A stretch of 64,000 nt of DNA from a virus. Taxonomy: Duplodnaviria > Caudoviricetes. Positions 21,757-30,047 of the stretch are shown here, piece after piece. Where the stretch lies: the IMG/VR virus record IMGVR_UViG_3300006151_000005, positions 41,516-105,515 of that record; one strand, 5' to 3'. Position 1 is the stretch's first letter; the number at the start of each line of letters is the position of its first letter. The translations under genes were made by a program, and so were the position numbers. The notes under the pieces are model-generated. The model searched no databases, was not told the origin of the DNA, and saw nothing but the letters and a program-made list of their open reading frames with translations.

Positions 21757-22045
21757 CGACGGGAACAACTTTAAGCTGCGCTCCGCATTTGGGGCAAAGG
21801 AACTCGTCCGCAGGTCTTTCTTTATTCGGCGCGGTGGCACGGATAGCGTCAAGCTCTTCATCTGACAAGAGCAGACTCCATGCCGGAACACCGAGGGCTT
21901 CGGCAATCTTCACAAAGGTTTCAACTTTGGGCATCGTGCCACGGATAAGCTGATTAAGACCTACGGTGGTCATGCCCAGTCTTTCCGCAAGGTCTTTCTG
22001 CGTCACACCGGCTTCAATGATGCGCTCTCTGATTCTGTTCTCCAT
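21746..22045 (-). CDS. Cro/CI-like HTH repressor with C-terminal CPxCG
   Basis: GVTQKDLAERLGMT...KIAEALGV; CPKCG. Confidence 0.85.
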   Translation of the reverse strand: MENRIRERIIEAGVTQKDLAERLGMTTVGLNQLIRGTMPKVETFVKIAEALGVPAWSLLLSDEELDAIRATAPNKERPADEFLCPKCGAQLKVVPVDGE

Positions 22046-22225
22046 TTCCTATTTTTCGGGTTAAAGTAAACTGTTTGCAAAGTTAACAAAAGAGGAATAC
22101 AATTAAAGTATTCACTATGTTAAATAGTGTTAAGACAAAGCAAAAACTTATATTGTTATTTGGTGGATTAAATTATTTACTTTAACTTTGCATCGTAATC
22201 AATAACACCAATAAAAGTAAAAGGC

Positions 22226-22561
22226 ATGAAACTGATAACAAAAGCACTTGAAAAGACCTTTGCAAAATATCCCATGTATTCGCAGGATGGCAAAGGCAAC
22301 GATGCGGTAGTAATCGCAAAATTCTTTCTGCCGGGTAGCGGCTTCACATGGTACGTCACAGAAGCAGAAAAGCAGGCCAACGGCGACTACATGTTCTTTG
22401 GCTATGTAGAGGGCTTGGATAGCGAGCTTGGCTACTTCACACTATCGCAGCTTCAAAACGTGCGCGGTCGTTTTGGCTTGCGCGTTGAACGCGACATGTA
22501 TTTCAACAACGGCAAGACCACACTTGCTCAAGTGAAACGCGAAAACGAAATGGCATACTAA
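22226..22561 (+). CDS. DUF2958-like protein
   Basis: KFFLPGSGFTWYVTE, FFGYVEG, ELGYFTLSQL, VERDMYF. Confidence 0.75.
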   Translation: MKLITKALEKTFAKYPMYSQDGKGNDAVVIAKFFLPGSGFTWYVTEAEKQANGDYMFFGYVEGLDSELGYFTLSQLQNVRGRFGLRVERDMYFNNGKTTLAQVKRENEMAY

Positions 22562-22627
22562 ACAACATCGACGGGCGAGCCGGTCATTAGATGGCATGGC
22601 TTGCCCGCCCTAACACCCACAAAAGCA

Positions 22628-23193
22628 ATGATACTCAAACTTAAATATATCGGCGTTAACGACTGGAGCTATCGCGTGTATGAAGACCAGAATGGCCGTC
22701 GCTACGGCAATATAGAATTAGAAGATAGCAACGACATTAGCGCAATCTATCTCTTGACGGCTGACTACGAAGAGCCACTTTGCCCCATAACTGACTGCAA
22801 AGATTTGGAGGCGGTTGAAATCACGCACCGCGATGGCAGTGTAAACACAATCACAATCCCCAACAAATAAAATCCGAAAGCTATGGCAACAAGTCAGGAA
22901 CTACCGGAATGGATGACCGAGGCGCAGATGGATGAACTTGCTGGCATCATCGACAATATCATCGGCGAGGGCGAAGAAGCCAACGCACCGCAATGGCGAA
23001 TTGACAACGAGGTCAATAAAGCCACGGCGCGGTATATCGCCAAACATCACCCCAACGATTAAGCAGCAGAACCATGAGAACGATTAAATACAATAGCTTT
23101 GAAGAGGCATTTGCCGCGATGCTTGAATTTATCGACAAGGGAATCAAGTGCAAAGGCATCGGTCTGACAACCCTCGCTGTTTGGGATGACTGA
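22628..23193 (+). other. three small hypothetical CDSs (22628-22870, 22883-23062, 23074-23193)
   Basis: ATG starts with A/C-rich leaders; two are below the ORF-track cutoff. Confidence 0.5.
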
Positions 23194-23208
23194 CGGAAAA
23201 AGACCTAT

Positions 23209-23282
23209 TTACGACTTTGTGTAATAGGTCGTAAGAGAACGACACCGAAATGTTTTGCGATGCGGAAATAACAGTAATTTAG
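23209..23282 (+). promoter_or_regulatory. putative late promoter: TTACGAC-N12-GTCGTAA palindrome plus degenerate -7 (TAATTTAG)
   Basis: Perfect 7-bp inverted repeat; -7 spacing identical to 55110. Confidence 0.6.
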
Positions 23283-23295
23283 CATCGTAAAACAT

Positions 23296-23368
23296 CGCGG
23301 GTTGGAGCAGTTGGAAGCTCGCCAGTTTAACTTGCTGGAGGTCGTCGGTTCGAGTCCGACACCCGCTA
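23296..23368 (+). tRNA. initiator-type tRNA with anticodon AAC (reads GTT)
   Basis: Cloverleaf: CGCGGGT/ACCCGCT acceptor with C1xU72, GAGC/GCTC D stem, CCAGT-TTAACTT-GCTGG anticodon arm, GTCGG-TTCGAGT-CCGAC T arm, A73. CCA not encoded. Confidence 0.9.
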
Positions 23369-23396
23369 CAAATAAAATCACTTACAAACAAAATCA

Positions 23397-23768
23397 ATGA
23401 AAAAGTTAACCCTACAAATTGACAAAAAGTGCTTTCAGGCAATTCTGAAAGGCGAGCAGAAAGTCGAGCATCGGAACGTGTATCCCAATAACGCCAAGAA
23501 GTATGTCATCGAAGAAGACAAGACTGATGAAAACGGCGAAGCCATCACGGTTGTAACACCGGTTCACTACGATGCCCTCACCCTTATCAATGGTCGCCGC
23601 AAGGATGCGCCCCGTCTGACCGTGGAGGTCGTATCGGCTGAATTTGTCGTACTGACCGACGAAGACGGCAATGATTTGACCTTTGAAGAGAATGGCGAAG
23701 TGTACTATGTTTGTCAGGTATGGTACACCCTCGGAAAGGTTCTTGAAACCGCCAACATCAACGAATAA
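23397..23768 (+). CDS. ASCH domain protein
   Basis: LTLQIDKKCFQAILKGEQKVEHR (GxKxxExR-like), YDAL.LINGR. Confidence 0.7.
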   Translation: MKKLTLQIDKKCFQAILKGEQKVEHRNVYPNNAKKYVIEEDKTDENGEAITVVTPVHYDALTLINGRRKDAPRLTVEVVSAEFVVLTDEDGNDLTFEENGEVYYVCQVWYTLGKVLETANINE

Positions 23769-23795
23769 TCATTAACCCTTTAACACTATAAGTGA

Positions 23796-23996
23796 GTTAG
23801 ACGTAGAATTGATAACAACTATGGCCCCCGTCGGAACATGAACGGTGCCGGTGCCGGTGGCCGACTCGTAGCCCGTCGCACCCCTGCGGGCGTAGTTGCT
23901 GGTCGTAGCCAGCTCGGAAATCGTGAACAGCGTCGCGCTGACCTCCGCGCAGCCTTTGCTGACCAAATCCGCGCCGCTGGTGGAACAACCGGCTAA
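23796..23996 (+). CDS. 66-aa Arg/Gly-rich protein, probable GTT start (not in ORF track)
   Basis: TGA-GTT-AGA-CGT-AGA...TAA after an A/C-rich leader; internal ATG at 23838. Confidence 0.65.
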   Translation, partial: VRRRIDNNYGPRRNMNGAGAGGRLVARRTPAGVVAGRSQLGNREQRRADLRAAFADQIRAAGGTTG

Positions 23997-24006
23997 ACCC
24001 TAAATC

Positions 24007-24792
24007 ATGGCAACGCAGAATGTAAACAAGTACGCAGAAACCATGTCAATAATTCGGCGTATCCGTCAACAGACGGATACTGCCGTTTTATATTATTCAG
24101 CCGGCGGAAAGGACGGCATCGCTTTGCTTGATATGTTAGCCCCGGTTTTCAAAAAGGTTATCTGCTATTACATGTGGCTCGTGCCGGGTCTTGACCATGT
24201 GAAGCCCTATCTGCAATGGGCGGTACGGAAATACCCCAACGTTGAGGTTCGCCAGATTCAGCACTATCAGCGCGACTATTACGACCGCTTCGGATTTTTT
24301 CAGGATGGCGAGGGCGACCCAAGCATCAAGCCCCGAAAGGTAGGCGAGCTTGAGGAGGAGGTCAGACAGGAAACCGGCATCAAATGGGCGTTCAGCGGAA
24401 TGAAAGGCGTTGACGGTTACATGAAGCGTATGCGCCTTTTGACTTTCAAGAAGCGCAACGGCACATACATGACAGACAAAGGAATGGTTTACCCCCTTGC
24501 CGTCTGGACGAACAAGGAGGTGCTTCGCTATATCGAAATGCGGAATCTTATCAAGCCTTTTGTCTATAGCCCCAAAGATGTAAGTCAGGGCTTCGGCATC
24601 GATTTGCGCTCCTTGCTTGTGCTTCGGAAACGTTTCCCCCGCGACTACGAGCGCACCATCCGCGAATTTCCCTTTTGCGAAAAACTCATCTTCGACTATG
24701 AAAACGGCATACTGCCATACGGTCAGGAGAAAGAGGTCATGGAAATCATCAAGCGCATAGAAACCGAATCAGAAGAATCAGACGAAGTATGA
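24007..24792 (+). CDS. PAPS-reductase-like PP-loop protein
   Basis: YSAGGKDG PP-loop variant, SGMKGVDG, YPLAVWTNKEV. Confidence 0.7.
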   Translation: MATQNVNKYAETMSIIRRIRQQTDTAVLYYSAGGKDGIALLDMLAPVFKKVICYYMWLVPGLDHVKPYLQWAVRKYPNVEVRQIQHYQRDYYDRFGFFQDGEGDPSIKPRKVGELEEEVRQETGIKWAFSGMKGVDGYMKRMRLLTFKKRNGTYMTDKGMVYPLAVWTNKEVLRYIEMRNLIKPFVYSPKDVSQGFGIDLRSLLVLRKRFPRDYERTIREFPFCEKLIFDYENGILPYGQEKEVMEIIKRIETESEESDEV

Positions 24793-25673
24793 AGCCGAAC
24801 AAAATCAAACAGGCAGAACAGCGCACCGTCAAGCGAAGCGAAATCAACTTTGCTTCCTATAATCCACGTACCATCAGTGACGAGGCGCGAAAAAAGCTCA
24901 AGAAAAACTTACAGACCGTCGGCCTGCTGGGTGGCGTAGTCTGGAACATACGCTCCGGCAATCTTGTATCGGGTCATCAGAAAGTCAGCATCATGGATGC
25001 CGTGAACCGGTACGACGCGGAAACGGGCGCAAATGATTACGAATTTCGTGTTGAGGTCGTTGACTTCGACGATAAGACGGAAAAAGAGCAGAACCTTTTT
25101 ATGAACAACCGAGCCGTGCAGGGTACATACGACGATGATATGCTGCGCGAGCTTCTTCAAGGAATAGACTATACCAATGCCGGCTTCGACGATACCGATA
25201 TGCAGCTCCTCGGTCTTGGCGATTTCGGCGACTATGATATGGGCGATATGTTCGGCGACGATGGCAACGATGCCACGGATGGCGGCGATGCTGACGAGCC
25301 GGGCGAATCGACGGAAATCAAAGACTGGTCAAAAGATAATGTCGTTGGCGAGCGTGAAGACCTTGCAATCCACGATGAAATGACAAAGGAAAGCGGCGAG
25401 AATCATAAGCTCGACCGCAGCGCGGATTTTTATCAGGATAGCGAGGCCAACCAGATAGCCCGCCACAACGAAGTGCAGAAAATCAAAGACCGCATCGCAA
25501 GTCAGAACGATGTGAACAAGGACGGCGGCATGTTGTCCTATGTTGTCATCAGCTTCAAAACTCCGAGCGAGAAAGTGCGCTTCATGGAAGACTACGGATT
25601 TGACCCTATGGCAAAGTACATCAACGGCGAAGAATTTGTAAACAAATTGGAATTTGGCGATGATGAAGATTAA
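24789..25673 (+). CDS. ParB/sulfiredoxin-like domain protein
   Basis: YNPRTI...LKKNLQTVG...VWN..SGNLVSGHQ; acidic C-terminal half. Confidence 0.75.
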   Translation: MKPNKIKQAEQRTVKRSEINFASYNPRTISDEARKKLKKNLQTVGLLGGVVWNIRSGNLVSGHQKVSIMDAVNRYDAETGANDYEFRVEVVDFDDKTEKEQNLFMNNRAVQGTYDDDMLRELLQGIDYTNAGFDDTDMQLLGLGDFGDYDMGDMFGDDGNDATDGGDADEPGESTEIKDWSKDNVVGEREDLAIHDEMTKESGENHKLDRSADFYQDSEANQIARHNEVQKIKDRIASQNDVNKDGGMLSYVVISFKTPSEKVRFMEDYGFDPMAKYINGEEFVNKLEFGDDED

Positions 25674-25766
25674 CGCAAAAATTTAACTTTATTCTTTAAT
25701 TTAGTATTGCGCAATTAAAGAATTTTGTTTAACTTTGCATATTATACAGACACTGACAACAGAGAT

Positions 25767-26222
25767 ATGAACTACCGATTTTTAAGCAGCATAACCGACG
25801 CGGAGGTTGCGGATTTTCGCAACAGGCTCGCGGCTGAACTGGCGACACGCATGACCGGCGACGGCAAGCGTGTTATCAGTGACGAGGCCATCGGGCAGGA
25901 GGTCAACCTTAACATCTCCACGGAAGATGCGAAGAAATATCTGCAAAGCAACGACGCGGAGAATTATGACTACGCGCAGCTTGCAGACGTTATCGCGGCC
26001 AAGTACCGCACATTCAGCGATGAAGACATCATGGCCACGCGCAAGGCGATGGTCGATAAATTCATGGCTCTTGCCGATGAGTATGGCTGGGATAAAGAAC
26101 AGGCACGACGCGATGCCAAAAAGGAGTTTTACGACAACCTTTCTGACGGAACTATCCTTGAACTTCTGCGCAATGGCGAGTCGATTGAGGATTATGTCGA
26201 ATATGTAAGTATTTACGACTGA
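25767..26222 (+). CDS. hypothetical protein with its own promoter (moron-like)
   Basis: TAACTTTG promoter and operator-like site at 25715-25737. Confidence 0.55.
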   Translation: MNYRFLSSITDAEVADFRNRLAAELATRMTGDGKRVISDEAIGQEVNLNISTEDAKKYLQSNDAENYDYAQLADVIAAKYRTFSDEDIMATRKAMVDKFMALADEYGWDKEQARRDAKKEFYDNLSDGTILELLRNGESIEDYVEYVSIYD

Positions 26223-26228
26223 TAGCGA

Positions 26229-26915
26229 GTTAAAAAGCCACGTAAGACAGATTATAACGCGAGAGTCACAAAGGCACTCAAGGGAAAGGGCGTACCTCAC
26301 CTTGAAGAGCCGATGTACCGCGTATCCGCGTCGGCTTTTATAAAGGCTATAAGACGCGGCAAGGCATCGCAAGGCAGGAACGGCTGGATGGTTGACCTGC
26401 ATAGCAAAAGCGAATACAAGCGGATGCGATGCTTTCTTACTCCGGACGGAAAGACAGGTGTAGCGATAAAACGCGATGGGGATGTAGTGTCTGTATTCTC
26501 CACCAGCGGAAAACGAGGCGCAATGGCAAAAATCATACCGTTTGCGGTCGCTAATGGTGGTCGCAAACTGGATTGTTATGCTTTCTCGGATGGCCGCAGT
26601 TCACTTCACAACATGTACGGAAGATTCGGCGCAAAGGCTCACGGCAAAATGACCTTTGACCCGCAATATAATCCTGTTTTCCAACGCACGGCGCAGGCCA
26701 ATCCCGGTATGCGCAGACCCTCTCATGTCGTGGCGATGACGCTGCCGGGCAGTCTTGCCGGTGTCATGCGGGCTTACAACGCTGACAGGAAGATTGACCT
26801 TGGGCGCGTGAGGTCGTATAATGATTACGACAAGATGATGGATGACCGAAACGCGCATCTTGCACTACGCGGAAAGTCAAGCGGTGTCAGAGGCGCACTT
26901 GGCGGCGGTAAATAA
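26229..26915 (+). CDS. basic protein with possible GNAT-like domain, probable GTT start
   Basis: TAG-CGA-GTT-AAA, in frame with ATG 26313; DGKTGVAIK.DGDVVSVFS, GGRKLDCY, LHNMYGRFG. Confidence 0.6.
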   Translation, partial: VKKPRKTDYNARVTKALKGKGVPHLEEPMYRVSASAFIKAIRRGKASQGRNGWMVDLHSKSEYKRMRCFLTPDGKTGVAIKRDGDVVSVFSTSGKRGAMAKIIPFAVANGGRKLDCYAFSDGRSSLHNMYGRFGAKAHGKMTFDPQYNPVFQRTAQANPGMRRPSHVVAMTLPGSLAGVMRAYNADRKIDLGRVRSYNDYDKMMDDRNAHLALRGKSSGVRGALGGGK

Positions 26916-26937
26916 CCAACCCTAACACTACAAGAAT

Positions 26938-27531
26938 ATGGCAAAGATTGAAGAAATCATCCCGTTCATCCTTTACTTTGAAGCCGGCGTAAACAAACGC
27001 TATCTTTCACTTCCTCCCGAACAGATATTTGAGCAGGCGAAAAAGACGGGCTTCGCAAATGACCCCGACGATGCCGGCGGCGCGACCATGTGCGGTATCA
27101 CGATAGCGACCTACAAGGCGTACGGCAAGCGGAAAGGCTATCCCGTACCTACGGTGTTCAGCCTGCGTAACATCACATACAAGCGTTGGCGCGACGTACT
27201 CAAGACGCTTTTCTGGGACAGATGGAAAGCCGATGAAATCAAAAGCCAAGCCCTTGCGAACAACCTCGTCGATTGGGTGTGGGCAAGCGGCGTGAACGGC
27301 ATCAAGATACCGCAGAGGCTTCTCGGCGTGACACAGGACGGAATTGTCGGCCCAAAGACGATAGCCGCAGTCAACGCAGCCAACGAAGCGGAACTATTCA
27401 CGAAGATTTACGAAGCCCGCATCAATTTCGTGGATGGCATCGTGCGCAGAAAGCCGAGCCAGAAGAAATTCATCAAGGGCTGGAAACGACGCATCAACGC
27501 TATCACCCTATCCGGGCTGAAATTCACATAA
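26938..27531 (+). CDS. endolysin, glycosyl hydrolase family 108 with PG-binding region
   Basis: FEAG...NDPDDAGGATMCGIT, QRLLGVTQDGIVGPKT, KFIKGWKRRI. Confidence 0.85.
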   Translation: MAKIEEIIPFILYFEAGVNKRYLSLPPEQIFEQAKKTGFANDPDDAGGATMCGITIATYKAYGKRKGYPVPTVFSLRNITYKRWRDVLKTLFWDRWKADEIKSQALANNLVDWVWASGVNGIKIPQRLLGVTQDGIVGPKTIAAVNAANEAELFTKIYEARINFVDGIVRRKPSQKKFIKGWKRRINAITLSGLKFT

Positions 27532-27562
27532 TGCTAAAACCGCAGAAAGGAGGTGTTCTAAA

Positions 27563-27622
27563 ATGAAATCGCGCAAATCGTGTGGAGGCAAGAAGAAGCC
27601 CGGAAAGGGCGGTAAGTGTTGA
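27563..27622 (+). CDS. 19-aa Lys/Gly/Cys micropeptide MKSRKSCGGKKKPGKGGKC
   Basis: Strong SD AGAAAGGAGGTG at 27544-27555, 7 nt before ATG. Confidence 0.45.
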   Translation: MKSRKSCGGKKKPGKGGKC

Positions 27623-27690
27623 AAACCCTAAAACAACAACGGTCAGTCGGAATAAACCCCGGCTGACCATCACCCTTAAAATACAAGATA

Positions 27691-27978
27691 GTTAGACGCA
27701 GACGTACACCATCAACAAGAACTATGGCATACTACACCGGTAGCTATGCAGACCAGAACATGATGTCACCATACGGAATGGGATATTCTCAGTCACAGGT
27801 GGCAATCAACAATCGCGCACAGGCTCTCCGTCGTCGTGTTGGCGATATGAACGTTTCATCATCCCAACGGCAAAGGTATTACGATATAATAGGCCGAGCC
27901 AATGGCAATATGTTTCAGGCAATAAGAACTGCAACGGGGGGGCAAATGACCACTTCCCAATTAGGTTATGCGTGTTAG
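27691..27978 (+). CDS. small basic protein, probable GTT start (VRRRR...)
   Basis: ATA-GTT-AGA-CGC-AGA, in frame with ATG 27724; N-terminus parallels the 23796 ORF. Confidence 0.55.
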   Translation, partial: VRRRRTPSTRTMAYYTGSYADQNMMSPYGMGYSQSQVAINNRAQALRRRVGDMNVSSSQRQRYYDIIGRANGNMFQAIRTATGGQMTTSQLGYAC

Positions 27979-28038
27979 AGAACCGGTCATCTCGCCGTCA
28001 CATGACGGAAATAGCAAGTTCGACTCTTGCACACGCAG
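27969..28038 (+). ncRNA. tRNA-like element with 4-nt anticodon loop (ACAT)
   Basis: TGCGTGT/ACACGCA, GAGA/TCTC, CCGTC-ACAT-GACGG, GCAAG-TTCGACT-CTTGC. Confidence 0.7.
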
Positions 28039-28069
28039 CATAGAAGATTAAAATTTCATTATCACGACG

Positions 28070-28741
28070 ATGCCGAAGAAGCGAATTAGTAGCAAAACAC
28101 CGCGCAAGCCCAAAGCCACACCCTCGTTTGATTATGAGAGTGAGGAATTTTTGTCGCAGGTCGATGCACTTGCTTTTGAGGGCTTTTACAATACGGAAAT
28201 TGCTGACGAACTGAACATTAGCCGATACGAATTGGAAATGGCGATTTCACAATGCGAAAAATTGCGCAACACGATAGCGTCTGCACGCGAGCGTGCGCGT
28301 GCGCGAGGCGCAGAAATGCCATCTCCGGCTATGTTTGCAAAGGTCTGGGCGAAGTGTAACGGAAAGCGCACTCAGCTGATGAAAGAATTTGGAATCGGCT
28401 GGACGAAGCTACAATCGTGGCTGGCACAAGAACCTATTTTCGTCGATATTATGGCGGAACGCGACCTTGAATTTCTGGAACAGATAGATGTCGCCAGTCG
28501 CATCCTTGCCTTGGGTGGCGTAAAAGGAAAAGACAATTTCGCCGGCTGGAGCAGATACCCCGATAGTTGGATGATTCGCTTTCATCTGAATACACTCGGA
28601 AGACGCTACGGCTATGGCGAGAATCCCATACAACCGGAAGTTGAAGATGACGGTATTCCAAAAAATGTTGAGCAGGGCATCGACATTGATAGCTGGATAA
28701 AGCAAGAAGTGGAACAGAAGAAACGGGATAAAGAAGAATGA
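28070..28741 (+). CDS. probable terminase small subunit
   Basis: HTH (NTEIADELNIS); coupled directly upstream of TerL. Confidence 0.6.
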   Translation: MPKKRISSKTPRKPKATPSFDYESEEFLSQVDALAFEGFYNTEIADELNISRYELEMAISQCEKLRNTIASARERARARGAEMPSPAMFAKVWAKCNGKRTQLMKEFGIGWTKLQSWLAQEPIFVDIMAERDLEFLEQIDVASRILALGGVKGKDNFAGWSRYPDSWMIRFHLNTLGRRYGYGENPIQPEVEDDGIPKNVEQGIDIDSWIKQEVEQKKRDKEE

Positions 28742-30036
28742 TTATCAACCATGAGATATATTACCCCCTCTATACTGACAAGGAACATTTCATCATCCTT
28801 GTCACGGGTGGTCGTGGCTCTGGTAAATCATTCGGAATCGGCGGTTTCTTGGAACGCCTATCATTTGAGCTGAAACGCAAGGGTCTATCCAAAGCGGAAT
28901 CAGACAAGATTGTGCATAAAATCCTCTATACGCGCTACACTATGACCAGTGCGAGCATTTCCATTATACCTGAATTTTTGGAAAAGATAGAGCTTGACGG
29001 CACGACCCGGTACTTCCATACGACCAAAACCGACATCATAAACAAGATGACCGGTAGCCGTATTATGTTCCGTGGCATCAAAACATCATCTGGCAATCAG
29101 ACCGCAAAGCTGAAATCCATCCACGGCATCACGACCTTTGTATGCGATGAGGCCGAGGAGTGGACTTCCGATAGGGAATTTGAAACAATCGCCTTTTCAA
29201 TCCGTCAGGTTGGAATCCAGAACAGGATTATCATCATTATGAACCCTACGGATAGCAACCACTTCATCTATCAGAAATACATCAAGGACACGCACAGGAT
29301 AGAATACTTTGACGGAGTGCCGGTGCAGATTTCCACGCATCCTCAAGTGCTTCATATCCATACAACGTATCTTGACAATAAGGAAAATCTTTCGGAAGAA
29401 TTTATCAGGTCGGCTCAAGAAATGAAAGAGCGCGACCCGGAACGCTACGGCCACATCTTCATGGGCAGATGGGCAGACGTAGCCGAGGGTGCGGTCTTCA
29501 AGAAATGGGGCATTGTCAGCGAATTTCCAAAGAACTGCAAGCATGTTGCTCGCGGTCTGGACTTCGGATATACCAACGATGTCAGCGCGTGTGTAAAATG
29601 CGGCGTAATCGGCAACGACCTTTACATCGACGAACAGATATTTGAAACCGGACTACTTTCCAAAGACCTCATAAGGAAATTAAGCGAGGATGATTCATTC
29701 GTTTACGCCGATAGTGCAGACCCGCGACTGATTGACGAAATAGCTCTCGGCGGCATAATCATCTACCCCGTGGCGAAGCCAGCCGGAAGCATCATTGCCG
29801 GTATTGAGAAGATGAAATCCTTTGACAACATCTTTGTTACGAAGCGGTCACTGAACGTGCAGGAAGAATTGCGCAACTATGTATGGGCGAAAGATAAGGA
29901 TGGCAATTACATCAACATGCCGGAAGATGCCAATAACCACTCTATCGACGCAACCCGGTATTATGTGCTTGGCTGCATCCTCGGCAAGATTCTCAAGCCG
30001 AAGAAAGTCAAGAAGTCAGATTTAGGAATATTCTAA
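28738..30036 (+). CDS. terL: terminase large subunit (PBSX family)
   Basis: TGGRGSGKS, CDEAEE, MNP, GLDFGY, DSADP, NHSIDATRY. Confidence 0.95.
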   Translation: MIINHEIYYPLYTDKEHFIILVTGGRGSGKSFGIGGFLERLSFELKRKGLSKAESDKIVHKILYTRYTMTSASISIIPEFLEKIELDGTTRYFHTTKTDIINKMTGSRIMFRGIKTSSGNQTAKLKSIHGITTFVCDEAEEWTSDREFETIAFSIRQVGIQNRIIIIMNPTDSNHFIYQKYIKDTHRIEYFDGVPVQISTHPQVLHIHTTYLDNKENLSEEFIRSAQEMKERDPERYGHIFMGRWADVAEGAVFKKWGIVSEFPKNCKHVARGLDFGYTNDVSACVKCGVIGNDLYIDEQIFETGLLSKDLIRKLSEDDSFVYADSADPRLIDEIALGGIIIYPVAKPAGSIIAGIEKMKSFDNIFVTKRSLNVQEELRNYVWAKDKDGNYINMPEDANNHSIDATRYYVLGCILGKILKPKKVKKSDLGIF

Positions 30037-30047
30037 CAACACCAGAT

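Noticed and set aside
23296-23368. tRNA as ordinary tRNA-Val or prophage attachment site
   Set aside because: Initiator-type body and U37; no duplicated 3' end or integrase seen in the window.
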